From NCBI GenBank assembly GCA_038109055.1, contig JAYNIM010000001.1, forward strand, positions 323,565 to 387,564: DNA of 64,000 nt, read 5' to 3'. Below are positions 1-9,272 of this stretch, in pieces. A program made the translations under genes and the position numbers. The stretch's first letter is position 1; each line of letters begins with the position of its first letter. The stretch is from a bacterium (lineage in GTDB: Bacteria; Margulisbacteria; Marinamargulisbacteria; GCA-2716485; JAYNIM01). The notes beneath the pieces were generated by a model that did not search any database, was not told where the DNA came from, and saw nothing but the letters and a program-made list of their open reading frames with translations.

Positions 1-1
1 G

Positions 2-235
2 TCTGGAGGATGCTTCTTGGTAAAACTTTTAATCCTTTTTTCGCTATCTTCGCTATTTTTAAGTTTTCTTCAAATTGCGTTTTCTGATCATATTAAGCAC
101 ATTGAGGGCTTTCTTAATCGTTCTTTAGTTTGGGGAAATGAGTATCCTTTTTCCTTTGCTTCGTTGCTTGCCGTATTTTTGCTGATTGCTGCTACGCTTA
201 TTTTTTATATTGCCTTGCACTTTCACTTGGCTTAA
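2..235 (+). CDS. hypothetical membrane protein; frame is open to the window edge, so may be the 3' end of an upstream gene
   Basis: ORF 17..235 (TTG) has no in-frame stop back to nt 2; two hydrophobic segments; no family recognised. Confidence 0.3.
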   Translation, partial: SGGCFLVKLLILFSLSSLFLSFLQIAFSDHIKHIEGFLNRSLVWGNEYPFSFASLLAVFLLIAATLIFYIALHFHLA

Positions 236-256
236 TCTTCTTTTTTTGGTTACACT

Positions 257-793
257 GTGGGTATGATTCTCTGTGATGATACCCTTAAACAATTAATCTC
301 TGATGGTGATCTCCTATTAGATCCTTATGTTCCAGACCATGTGCAACCTGCGTCTATAGATTGTTGTTTAGGAGATCATTATTTAATGATGGATGAGCAG
401 GCGCATGACGAGATAACCTTTTCTCAACCTATTTCTTACAAGGAGGTTATATCTGACGCTGTCTTGATTCAACCAAAGTCCTTTTTATTGGCCACCACTC
501 GTGAATATATTAAGATCCCAAATGGTCTCTCTGCCTTTGTAGAAGGTCGTAGTTCTGTGGGGCGTATGGGTCTTTTTATCCAGAATGCTGGATGGGTAGA
601 TACCGGATTTGAAGGCCGTATTACCTTAGAACTTTTTAATGCTTCAGATCTTCCTATTCGACTAGAATCTGGTCGTCGTATTTGTCAATTGGTCTTTTGC
701 AAAATGGATCAAGCAGCCCAACGTCCCTACCAGGGAAAATATCTTAAGCAAACTCAGTCTGTTGGCTCTTTGTTATATAAAGATCTTTCATGA
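257..793 (+). CDS. dcd: dCTP deaminase
   Basis: 178 aa; ILCDDTLKQLISDGDLLLDPY..VQPASIDCCLG and GRSSVGRMGLF motifs typical of Dcd; GTG at 257, alternative ATG at 263. Confidence 0.85.
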   Translation: MGMILCDDTLKQLISDGDLLLDPYVPDHVQPASIDCCLGDHYLMMDEQAHDEITFSQPISYKEVISDAVLIQPKSFLLATTREYIKIPNGLSAFVEGRSSVGRMGLFIQNAGWVDTGFEGRITLELFNASDLPIRLESGRRICQLVFCKMDQAAQRPYQGKYLKQTQSVGSLLYKDLS

Positions 794-1740
794 CGACTAT
801 CACGTTACAGCATCCCTGCCCTAAATGTCAGTCCCCTGTCTTACTTCACCAAAATCTTATTAGCTGTAGCAAATGTTCCTTTAAATTTGCCTATACTTGT
901 CCCATCTGTCGTTCAGAGCTGTATGATAGTGTGTCTGTTGATAAAAAAGAGTTTCTTACTTGTCAAAAGTGTCACTCGCATCTTTCTTTAAAAAAAATTG
1001 CCTCTATCTTAGATTTTGGTTTAAAAACCGATTACGACACGACCTGCCCTTTCTGTCAGGGCCCTACCTTGCATCGTCACGACATGAATATTGGTCATCG
1101 CTGTTTTTTTTATCCTAGTTGTAGTGGGCAAAGTTCACTCTTCCAGAATACCTCTAATGCCTATGTCTTTCTCGATTTTGAAACTACGGGTCTTGAGGTC
1201 ATGAAAGAAGAATTAATCGAGGTGGGGGCCTATAAGCTTGATCGTGAGGGAGTAGATTCCTTTTATCAATCTTTGATTAAGGCCTCCAAACCACTGAGTG
1301 AGACAGTCAAAGGCATTACACATATTACGGATGAGATGCTTGTATCGGCCCCTTCTTGTGAAGATGTTTGTCGTTCGCTTGTAGACTTAATTGGTGATGC
1401 TATTATTGTCGCCCATAACGCTGAATTTGATTTATTATGGTTACTAGCTGCCTGTGAACGTTTTCACTTAACGCTGAACTCCACAGAGGTGATCTGTACC
1501 TTGCAATGGGCCAAAGAAATGGGTGAAAAAACCTTGGGATTAGAAGGATTGGCCCGCAAGTACAATCTCTCCCATAAAAATGCCCATAGAGCTCTGGCAG
1601 ATGCGGCGTCTACCAAAGAACTTTTCTTTATATTTGAAGGCCAAAATACGATGCCTGCAAAAAAAATCCCCCTTTCTCATTTTCAACGTTTGTATGAAGG
1701 TATCAAAAAGAAATATTCTCAATTTGCCTCTGTCTCTTAA
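790..1740 (+). CDS. zinc-ribbon protein fused to a DEDDh 3'-5' exonuclease (DnaQ / Pol III epsilon-like)
   Basis: N-terminal CxxC pairs including CPFCQG..HRCFFYPSC (topoisomerase-type C4 finger pattern). C-terminal Exo motifs FLDFETTGL, VAHNAEFD, HRALADA. ATGA overlap with dcd. Confidence 0.75.
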   Translation: MTTITLQHPCPKCQSPVLLHQNLISCSKCSFKFAYTCPICRSELYDSVSVDKKEFLTCQKCHSHLSLKKIASILDFGLKTDYDTTCPFCQGPTLHRHDMNIGHRCFFYPSCSGQSSLFQNTSNAYVFLDFETTGLEVMKEELIEVGAYKLDREGVDSFYQSLIKASKPLSETVKGITHITDEMLVSAPSCEDVCRSLVDLIGDAIIVAHNAEFDLLWLLAACERFHLTLNSTEVICTLQWAKEMGEKTLGLEGLARKYNLSHKNAHRALADAASTKELFFIFEGQNTMPAKKIPLSHFQRLYEGIKKKYSQFASVS

Positions 1741-1756
1741 TTCGTTCAATTTTCCC

Positions 1757-1830
1757 TGCGCCTGAAGGGAGTCGAACCCCTGGCCTTTGGAACCGGAATC
1801 CAACGCTCTATCCAGCTGAGCTACAGGCGC
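1757..1830 (-). tRNA. tRNA-Arg (anticodon CCG)
   Basis: Reverse complement reads GCGCCTGTAGCTCAGCTGGATAGAGCGTTGGATTCCGGTTCCAAAGGCCAGGGGTTCGACTCCCTTCAGGCGCA. It folds as a cloverleaf with loop TTCCGGT and a GGTTCGA T-loop. Confidence 0.9.
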
Positions 1831-1852
1831 TTAGGTGTATATAAACACCTAG

Positions 1853-2881
1853 TTAGTGTAACGATTTTTTAGTTTTTTTAATAGGCTTTTGCTGACATTG
1901 GTGTAGATAATAGACAAAACTTGCCAGCAAGATTGTGGCCGTTAATTGATGTAAACTCGCTAATACAAGTGGCACATGCATCACCAGTGTAAATATCCCC
2001 AGCAGCACCTGAGAAACGAGTAGTAGTAAGGTTGGTAGTAGATACTTCAGGGACCTATCCTTTTGTTTCCAGAGAGTCGCAGCGAACCCCAGCGTTGCCA
2101 CTAAGATCACGACGCCCAAATGCCGGTGTAAAAACTGGATGGCAAAACCGTTTTTTAGAAAATTTTCATAAAATGGCTGCAGATAAAAAATATTCTCAGG
2201 GATCCATTCGCTGCCCATTTTGGGCCAGGTATTAAAGGCATATCCCGCTTTTAGCCCCGAGACGAAGGCCCCAATAACAACTTGAACAAAGGTGAGTATA
2301 AATAATCCCGTGCCGATCATAAATGGAACAGTGAGAGACCTGTTTTTGATAGGGTATAACCGTTGTAAAAAGGCCTTTGCTATCAGTACAACAATTAAAA
2401 ACGCCACAGACAAATGTAAGGCCAAGCGAAAATGGCTAATATCAGGAAGATCTCTTAAGCCACTTTTGACCATATACCAGCCAATAAAGGCCTGAAAAAT
2501 ACCGCAGAGCAAGGCCAGGCATAAATAGCGTTTTTCTTTCTTTTCAAATCGTCCTTTTAGCCAAAAAACAAGAAAGGGCACGATAAAGATCAGGCCTAAT
2601 ATTCGGGCAAAAAAACGGTGTAAATATTCCCAGAAATAAATAAATTTAAAATCACTAAGACTGAAATGTGAGTGATAATGCGTATATTCAGGAAATTGTT
2701 TGTATGCATTAAATGCGTTTTGCCAAGACGATTCTGTTAAGGGAGGGATTACGTCTAGCAATAATTTCCAATCAACCATCGATAAACCTGAATCAGTTAA
2801 GCGAGTCACCCCACCGATCAGGATCATTAAGAGTAAGGAAATAAGAACAGCGATGTACCAGGTGATGATTCGTTTTTGCAT
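1853..2881 (-). CDS. ctaA: heme A synthase (COX15/CtaA family)
   Basis: 342 aa polytopic protein; N-terminus GGVTRLTDSGLSMVDWKLL and conserved His-containing helices typical of CtaA/COX15. Confidence 0.8.
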   Translation of the reverse strand: MQKRIITWYIAVLISLLLMILIGGVTRLTDSGLSMVDWKLLLDVIPPLTESSWQNAFNAYKQFPEYTHYHSHFSLSDFKFIYFWEYLHRFFARILGLIFIVPFLVFWLKGRFEKKEKRYLCLALLCGIFQAFIGWYMVKSGLRDLPDISHFRLALHLSVAFLIVVLIAKAFLQRLYPIKNRSLTVPFMIGTGLFILTFVQVVIGAFVSGLKAGYAFNTWPKMGSEWIPENIFYLQPFYENFLKNGFAIQFLHRHLGVVILVATLGFAATLWKQKDRSLKYLLPTLLLLVSQVLLGIFTLVMHVPLVLASLHQLTATILLASFVYYLHQCQQKPIKKTKKSLH

Positions 2882-3134
2882 CTCTTTATTTTAGGTGCAT
2901 ATTGGGGTTTAAACAATCTTTTTTAATCTCAGTTGTTTTCGTTTTTACTATATCTCAGATGTTAACTCTTCTCTTTTTTTTACGCTATAACTCTATTTTT
3001 TGAGATTAGCTTTTCATCGTCCAGAATCGTTCATGAATTTATATAGATATCTTGTTCCTCGTTATCTCGTTTTTCCTCTCCTTTTTCCTCCTTTATTCTT
3101 CTCAGTCTCCTTTCTTTGCGATACTATACAGTTA

Positions 3135-5537
3135 ATGAGTGAATTTTGCCCCAAAGATTTCGAAGAACGCTGGCGTCAACGCTGGAAAAAAGATGCGGTT
3201 TATACGCGTTCATTCTCTGATGATAAAATCCCTTATTATGTTTTAGAGATGTTCCCTTATCCATCCGGGAAACTTCATATGGGCCATGTACGCAACTATA
3301 CCTTGGGCGATACCTTGGCACGATTTAAACGCATGACTGGTCATAATGTCCTGTATCCTATTGGATTTGATAGTTTTGGTTTGCCTGCAGAAAATGCGGC
3401 TATTAAACATGGAGTTAACCCAAAATCTTGGACCTTGGATAATGTTGATACGATGAAGCAACAGTTGCAATTATTAGGCTTGAGCTATGATTGGAATTGT
3501 GAATTGGCCACCTGCAAAGATGATTACTATCGCTGGAACCAATGGATCTTTTTGCAGTTTTATAAAAAGGGCCTTGTCTATCGTAAAAAGGCCTATGTCA
3601 ATTGGGATCCTGTAGATCAGACCGTCTTGGCTAACGAACAGGTCATTGATGGCAAAGGGTGGCGATCTGGGGCAGTGGTTGAAAAAAAGGAGATTGCCCA
3701 ATGGTATTTTAAGATTACGGACTATGCGGAAGAATTATTAAACGACTTGGATACACTTGATGGTTGGCCGGATCGTGTTAAACAAATGCAGAGGCATTGG
3801 ATTGGTAAAAGTGTTGGTTCTGAGATCGATTTTGAGGTTTTTGATGGCAGCGGGAAGTATGTTGAGACCTTAACCGTTTTTACCACACGTATTGATACGC
3901 TTTATGGGGCCTCTTATGTCTGTATAGCCCCAGAACATCCTTTAACTGCCGCTATTAAGTCTGTGCATGTCTCCCCTACTTCTGTACAAGGCTTTATCGA
4001 TCAATGTTTAGAACAAAGTCAAGCGGATCGTAGTGACAACGACAAAGTTAAACTTGGATTTGAAACTGGTTATAAAGTCATTAATCCTATTAATAACGAA
4101 AAACTTCCCCTATTTATAGCCAATTATGTGCTCATGGACTATGGTACAGGTGCTGTTATGGCGGTTCCCTGCCATGATCAACGTGATTTTGCCTTTGCAA
4201 CTCAGCATTCCTTGCCCTTAAAACTCGTCATTCAAGATCCACTGTCTTCGTTGACACTTTCAGACTTTCCTCATGCTTATTGTGAAGATGGTCTCCTTTG
4301 TAACTCTGGGCCACATTCTGGGCTGGATAGTAAGACGGCTAGAAAAGCCATTACAGACACCTTAATCTCACAAAAAAAAGGTCGTTTTAAGGCACAATAT
4401 CGTTTACGAGACTGGCTTATTTCGCGGCAACGCTACTGGGGCACACCTATCCCTATCGTTTATGATGAGGCTGGTGAGCCGCATGCGGTAGATGAATCTG
4501 AGCTGCCTGTATTATTACCAGAGGATGTGACCTTTGATGGAAAAGGGAATCCCTTAGAACAGTCTGATACCTTTCATCAGTTCCCACAGCCTGGTTATCG
4601 ACGTGAAACAGATACCATGGATACATTTGTGGATTCTTCCTGGTATTTTTTGCGCTATTTATCTGCCAAGGATGACACGCAGGCCTTTGATCCAGCGCTT
4701 ATTAAACAGTTTTTGCCTGTAGACCAGTATATTGGAGGAGTTGAACATGCCTGTTTGCATTTGCTCTACGCTCGCTTCTTTACCAAAGCCTTGCGTGATT
4801 GTGGCTATCTTGAGATTAATGAACCCTTTACGCGTCTTTTAACACAGGGCATGGTCCTTAAAGATGGCGCAAAAATGAGTAAGTCCTTGGGAAATACTGT
4901 TGATCCTAGTTATATTATTGATCGCTATGGTGCAGATACGGCCCGTTTATTTATTCTGTTTGGGGCACCGGTGGATCGTGACCTAGAATGGTCTGACAAG
5001 GCAGTTGAAGGTAGTTTTCGTTTTTTAAAACGGATATGGGCCTTGTGTCAATCTCCAGAAAAATACCCACTTTCTTCGCCCGATATCGTCTTACGTGCTC
5101 GTCATGTCTGTATTAAAAAAGTGTCGCATGATATTGCCCGCTTCCAATACAATACTGCTATTAGTCATCTCATGACCCTTGTTAATACCTTTTATCACCA
5201 TGGCTGTTCTGAGGATGACTTGCGCATTCTTCTTCTATTGCTAGCCCCTTTTGCCCCTTTTATGACAGAGGAATTATGGCAGCAGTTTGAATCTACGAGT
5301 ATTCATCAGGCTGCATGGCCAACCTTTGACCCTGCGTTATGTGAGACGGATGAGGTGACGATTGTGATTCAAGTTAATGGTAAAGTTCGGGATAAAATGA
5401 CCATTGCTAAAAACCAAGAACGTGATAGCTTAGAAAAGGTAATTTTGTCTCGTGATAAAATAATCCCTTATCTTAGGGATAAATCACCAAAGAAAATTAT
5501 TTATGTGCCCAATAAGTTGTTTAACCTCGTTATCTGA
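3135..5537 (+). CDS. leuS: leucyl-tRNA synthetase
   Basis: HMGH (class I HIGH) and KMSKS motifs with LeuS-like sequence throughout. Start moved to ATG 3135 ([13 protein letters not shown]); the TTG-3000 extension is hydrophobic junk. Confidence 0.95.
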   Translation: MSEFCPKDFEERWRQRWKKDAVYTRSFSDDKIPYYVLEMFPYPSGKLHMGHVRNYTLGDTLARFKRMTGHNVLYPIGFDSFGLPAENAAIKHGVNPKSWTLDNVDTMKQQLQLLGLSYDWNCELATCKDDYYRWNQWIFLQFYKKGLVYRKKAYVNWDPVDQTVLANEQVIDGKGWRSGAVVEKKEIAQWYFKITDYAEELLNDLDTLDGWPDRVKQMQRHWIGKSVGSEIDFEVFDGSGKYVETLTVFTTRIDTLYGASYVCIAPEHPLTAAIKSVHVSPTSVQGFIDQCLEQSQADRSDNDKVKLGFETGYKVINPINNEKLPLFIANYVLMDYGTGAVMAVPCHDQRDFAFATQHSLPLKLVIQDPLSSLTLSDFPHAYCEDGLLCNSGPHSGLDSKTARKAITDTLISQKKGRFKAQYRLRDWLISRQRYWGTPIPIVYDEAGEPHAVDESELPVLLPEDVTFDGKGNPLEQSDTFHQFPQPGYRRETDTMDTFVDSSWYFLRYLSAKDDTQAFDPALIKQFLPVDQYIGGVEHACLHLLYARFFTKALRDCGYLEINEPFTRLLTQGMVLKDGAKMSKSLGNTVDPSYIIDRYGADTARLFILFGAPVDRDLEWSDKAVEGSFRFLKRIWALCQSPEKYPLSSPDIVLRARHVCIKKVSHDIARFQYNTAISHLMTLVNTFYHHGCSEDDLRILLLLLAPFAPFMTEELWQQFESTSIHQAAWPTFDPALCETDEVTIVIQVNGKVRDKMTIAKNQERDSLEKVILSRDKIIPYLRDKSPKKIIYVPNKLFNLVI

Positions 5538-5558
5538 CGCCCCCTTCCCTTTATTGTT

Positions 5559-6329
5559 GTGACATTTTTAGTGACCCCCACCCACGATGGCAGTTCCACG
5601 CTTCTCCATCCTGATCTTGATGAACATTATCATTCTACGCATGGGGCAATTAGCGAAGCGCTACATGTCTTTATTCAGCATGGTCTTTTAGAGTTTATTA
5701 GCTTAGCGCCACACTTGGATCGCCCCCTCTGCCTTTTTGAAATGGGCTTTGGCTCAGGCTTAAACGCCTGGTTAACTCGCCTGATTGCAGCTCATTATAA
5801 CCTTTCTATTCGTTATATCTGTGTCGACACTACCCCTTTAGATATTGCCTTAGTGAAAAAACTAGACTACCCAGCCACATTTTCGCGACGTCTGCTATCC
5901 TCTCCTCAGGTTCTTGCTCAGTTTCCTTTTTTGACTGATCTATCTTCAAAGATCTCTGAGACTACCTTTCATGATCTGCATGATGCTCCCTGGGACGAAC
6001 GTATTCCATTGGACGCCTCTTTTTCGATTACTAAATATCACTATTCTTTAGATAATTTTTTGTCGATGAATTCAGGCTCTTCTTGCTTTGACCTGGTCTA
6101 CTTTGATGCCTTTAGTCCTCGCAAACAGCCAGAACTGTGGTCGCCTGAGGTGTTTTGTTCCTTAGCCTCTTTCATGGCTGCCCCCTCTATTCTTGTGTCT
6201 TATTGTGCACAATCTGCTTTTAAACGGGCACTTTCATCCTGTGGTTTTAGCGTTTCAGCTCTTCCAGGTCCTCCCGGAAAACGTGAAATGACGCGTGCAG
6301 TACTAAAAAATTACGCTGCTTTTTCTTGA
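5559..6329 (+). CDS. stand-alone MnmC-type SAM methyltransferase domain (DUF752; tRNA mnm5s2U34 pathway)
   Basis: FEMGFGSGLN and DLVYFDAFSPRKQPELWSPEVF match the MnmC methyltransferase half; GTG start. Confidence 0.7.
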   Translation: MTFLVTPTHDGSSTLLHPDLDEHYHSTHGAISEALHVFIQHGLLEFISLAPHLDRPLCLFEMGFGSGLNAWLTRLIAAHYNLSIRYICVDTTPLDIALVKKLDYPATFSRRLLSSPQVLAQFPFLTDLSSKISETTFHDLHDAPWDERIPLDASFSITKYHYSLDNFLSMNSGSSCFDLVYFDAFSPRKQPELWSPEVFCSLASFMAAPSILVSYCAQSAFKRALSSCGFSVSALPGPPGKREMTRAVLKNYAAFS

Positions 6330-7066
6330 CTAGCAAGTGCAGTAAAGTAACTCAAGCCCTCTTTTTGTAGGGTCGCTAGGTCTTCGTCGTTTTGCGTTCC
6401 TTCTAATCGATGATCAACGCAATAGTGTAATCGTGCAGGTTCGGCAAACAAGGCTACAAATAAATTAGCTAGATGATCGTTTAATTGTGCATCAGTTCTG
6501 ATACGTTTCACATAATTTTTTTCTAGTTTAGCTATATTGATAATGCGTATGTCTTTTTCATGATCGTGATGATGTTCTTTCCTGGTTTTTAGCAGTTTTA
6601 TATAACGACCAAAAGCCTCAGTACTGATAATTTGTAAGCTGATGCCCTTAATTTCGTCTATATTCCCTTTGGCATTGATGTTATTTAATAAGCTTTTAAT
6701 CCGTTCTTTTATCAGCACCGTATCTTCGGGTATCATCAGTGCAATGGCCTGCTCGTAGTTGTCTTGCAGTTTTTTCTTTAAAAGATCTGAATAGTGTACT
6801 TTCATATAGCGATTAATCGCTAATAGTAGTATTGAGTTTAGACCTGCAATCCCTGCAATAGTGGTCCAAAGTAATACATTTTTTAGCATCATAGGCACTA
6901 ATAAAAAGCACACTATAAAGGGGAGTGCAAACGCAATAAACATAATCATATTTTGATTCTTAAGCCGCATATGTCGCCTTAATTTTTTTCGAAGTTCGAT
7001 TAACTCTATGTTATGTATGCCTTTTTCTAACTCTTTCATACATCGATGAAATTTGTTTTTCTTCAC
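6311..7066 (-). CDS. hypothetical membrane protein with bilobed hydrophobic domain (Inc-like)
   Basis: 251 aa. A ~45-aa hydrophobic block MIMFIAFALPFIVCFLLVPMMLKNVLLWTTIAGIAGLNSILLLAI is split by a KN turn. A charged helical C-terminal domain follows. Confidence 0.45.
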   Translation of the reverse strand: MKKNKFHRCMKELEKGIHNIELIELRKKLRRHMRLKNQNMIMFIAFALPFIVCFLLVPMMLKNVLLWTTIAGIAGLNSILLLAINRYMKVHYSDLLKKKLQDNYEQAIALMIPEDTVLIKERIKSLLNNINAKGNIDEIKGISLQIISTEAFGRYIKLLKTRKEHHHDHEKDIRIINIAKLEKNYVKRIRTDAQLNDHLANLFVALFAEPARLHYCVDHRLEGTQNDEDLATLQKEGLSYFTALASQEKAA

Positions 7067-7131
7067 GTCTCCCCCCTTATCAATTAGTCTACCCGCTTTT
7101 TTATAAATCTAAACATTTTTTTGTTAATTAT

Positions 7132-7809
7132 TTACTTTTTGATTATCAATTCTTCTAATTTTAATCCTGAAATTTTATTTAAGTCCCTTAAAATTAAATA
7201 GAATATGAGAGCCAAGAAACAGGTAGAAGGAATGGCAATAATAACAAAACTCAGGGCGGTTAAGCGCCCTAATTCTTCGGCAAACTGGGTACTACCCGCC
7301 TGACTTACAACAATCGATCTAGCCAACACATAATTGAGGATAGAAGACACAAGAAAAGAAAGGCCCAAAAGATAACTGTAGCGTTTGCAGCAGTTGCTGT
7401 AATACTGTTTATCACTGACCTTTTCAAGATGCTTGGCTAAAACCTTCTGATCGATCACCTTATCCAGAATCATTTTAAGAATAGAAAAGCGTGTTGGGAT
7501 CGTGGCGAAAATGATGATAGCAATCATCCCCGGAATCGCGGCTTCTTTAACGGCTAACCATTTAGCATTTAGATGTAACAGCCCTATTCCACCTGTTAAT
7601 ACAATGGACACTAGGCCTATTATGGCGATCAGATTCCAGCGCTTGTTTTTAAGGCCGTCATACAGACCATAACTCAGTGGTAATAGCAGTGCTAACACAA
7701 AGCCTTGTGTAGGTCCCAAGGTGTCTGGCGTACTAAACTTCATTAAGATGATCGTGGGGACTAGGATATTGATTATCAAGCTTAAAAAATTATTTTCTTT
7801 TTTTTGCAT
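7132..7809 (-). CDS. polytopic inner-membrane protein, family not identified
   Basis: 225 aa with about 6 predicted TM helices. Confidence 0.5.
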   Translation of the reverse strand: MQKKENNFLSLIINILVPTIILMKFSTPDTLGPTQGFVLALLLPLSYGLYDGLKNKRWNLIAIIGLVSIVLTGGIGLLHLNAKWLAVKEAAIPGMIAIIIFATIPTRFSILKMILDKVIDQKVLAKHLEKVSDKQYYSNCCKRYSYLLGLSFLVSSILNYVLARSIVVSQAGSTQFAEELGRLTALSFVIIAIPSTCFLALIFYLILRDLNKISGLKLEELIIKK

Positions 7810-8105
7810 GTATTTTCTGTTTTTTTAGAAATGTTTAGTTTTAATTTTATTAAAGTTTTACAGCATCTATAATAACAGATTTTTGTCTGGTTTACGATTT
7901 GTAGTCTCGAGCCTCTCCCTTTTAGCGTGTTTTATGCGCAGACATCTACTGTCTTTCCCCATCTTCACACGTTATTTTCACTTATATCGCTACTAATCCA
8001 TCGCTATTTTTTTGGCTATATATTGCTCCATTTTAGTGACGAGTTCTGTATTTTGTTTAAGCTCTGATTTTTTGGGGTATAGCAATATATAGGGGAGGGG
8101 ATCAC

Positions 8106-9212
8106 GTGTCGTTGATGAGTAACTATTTTTCGTCAATGCTACCGAATGACACAGAGCAACATGATCAATTGTCTCGTTTGCTCTGTGGCCTCTTGGAACG
8201 TTATTTTTTACGTGTTCCAGATGCTGATGCTATTTTTTCCTGTATTCGTGAGCGTGGTGATGAGGTTTTAAATGATCATATGGCTTTTCGTTCGATTGAT
8301 ATTCGTTCGCTCCTAAAGGTTTTTTTACCGTATGGTTATCAAGTCTGTTTTCAAGAAAATGGCCAATTTTTTAATTTTCAAAGCAAACATCTTACGGCTG
8401 TTTGGCTCAAACATCCACATCCTGCTTATCCCTATATTTTTATCAGTGAATGTCGCATCAACGAAATTCCGGGGGCTGCTGCACTTTTGCAGCCTTTTCT
8501 TGATCACTTTAATGACCCTATTGATGATATTCAGGCCATGGATAGTGTTGCACTTATTGACTATCTGCATCAGCCCCGTTGGCCCTTACCAGACTATCGC
8601 ACCTACCAAGCATTGGCTTCTTTATCTGAATATTTATCCTGGGTGTTGTATAATCAGTACTACTTAAACCATTTTACGCTACAAGTTCATTCCTTAAACA
8701 GCTTTAGCTTTCCTGCATCTATCCAGACTATTCTCAACTCAAACCAGTCCTTTTCTCAGACATGCTCCGCCCTATCTGAGCTGTATATACGCCATATCAC
8801 TACCTTTAATCGTTTTCTTATTGATCAGGGCTTCACTTTGGCTCAGCCCAAAGGTCATCAATTTCAACGATCAAATGATGGCCTGTTACTACAAAGTTCG
8901 ACGAAATCTGCCCTGATTGATGCAGAGTTTAAGGATGGGGTCTTTCCTATACCGGGCTCCTATGTCGAATTTGCCTATCGAGGCTTGCGCCCTGCTAGCG
9001 TCAAAGCGCTACTTCGTGGAGATCTTTCCTTTTCGGCGCTTGAGAAGCAGCATTATCGGGACGGCTTTGAACAAGATAATGCGGATAAGATTTTTGAAAG
9101 TACCTATGTGGGGGCTGAAGATCTAGAGGATCAAGGTACTGCTTTTCATGTTTCTACAGACTGTCGGACGGATGTTGAGGCTCGGATTCGTGAGTTTTTG
9201 ACATATTTCTGA
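8106..9212 (+). CDS. DUF1338 family protein (YdcJ/HglS-like putative 2-oxoacid dioxygenase/decarboxylase)
   Basis: NDHMAFRS, NHFTLQVH, YVEFAYR and NADKIFESTY match conserved DUF1338 blocks; GGAGGGG SD precedes the GTG start. Confidence 0.65.
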   Translation: MSLMSNYFSSMLPNDTEQHDQLSRLLCGLLERYFLRVPDADAIFSCIRERGDEVLNDHMAFRSIDIRSLLKVFLPYGYQVCFQENGQFFNFQSKHLTAVWLKHPHPAYPYIFISECRINEIPGAAALLQPFLDHFNDPIDDIQAMDSVALIDYLHQPRWPLPDYRTYQALASLSEYLSWVLYNQYYLNHFTLQVHSLNSFSFPASIQTILNSNQSFSQTCSALSELYIRHITTFNRFLIDQGFTLAQPKGHQFQRSNDGLLLQSSTKSALIDAEFKDGVFPIPGSYVEFAYRGLRPASVKALLRGDLSFSALEKQHYRDGFEQDNADKIFESTYVGAEDLEDQGTAFHVSTDCRTDVEARIREFLTYF

Positions 9213-9272
9213 CGAATGTTTAGTTGTAGATTTTAATGGGTATATATGAATTAAAGGGGGTGAAAATTATTT

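Noticed and set aside
1540-1803. Many 60-120 aa ORFs in the track lie antisense to or nested in large genes. Examples: 1540..1803, 2032..2235, 3243..3470, 8332..8667, 10484..10804, 13952..14314, 21134..21472, 49790..50224, 54688..55044
   Set aside because: Each lies wholly inside a longer ORF with clear family motifs on the other strand or frame. Their composition (Leu/Phe/Ser-rich or Cys/Trp-rich) is what T-rich DNA gives by chance.
3000-3134. N-terminal extensions offered by the ORF track: leuS from TTG 3000, ccsA from 39001, thiG from 58206, lipoprotein from 37331, DUF1015 from 16053
   Set aside because: The extensions are hydrophobic or nonsense-like, overlap neighbouring genes, and have better internal starts that match family N-termini (3135, 39109 with a GGAGG SD, 58290, 37397 with a lipobox, 15951).
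2882-3134. T-box, riboswitch or attenuator upstream of leuS, ilvA, thiG, guaB and purD
   Set aside because: I saw no specifier/T-box sequence, TPP (ctgaga..) or purine riboswitch cores. The leaders are short or simple polypyrimidine tracts.
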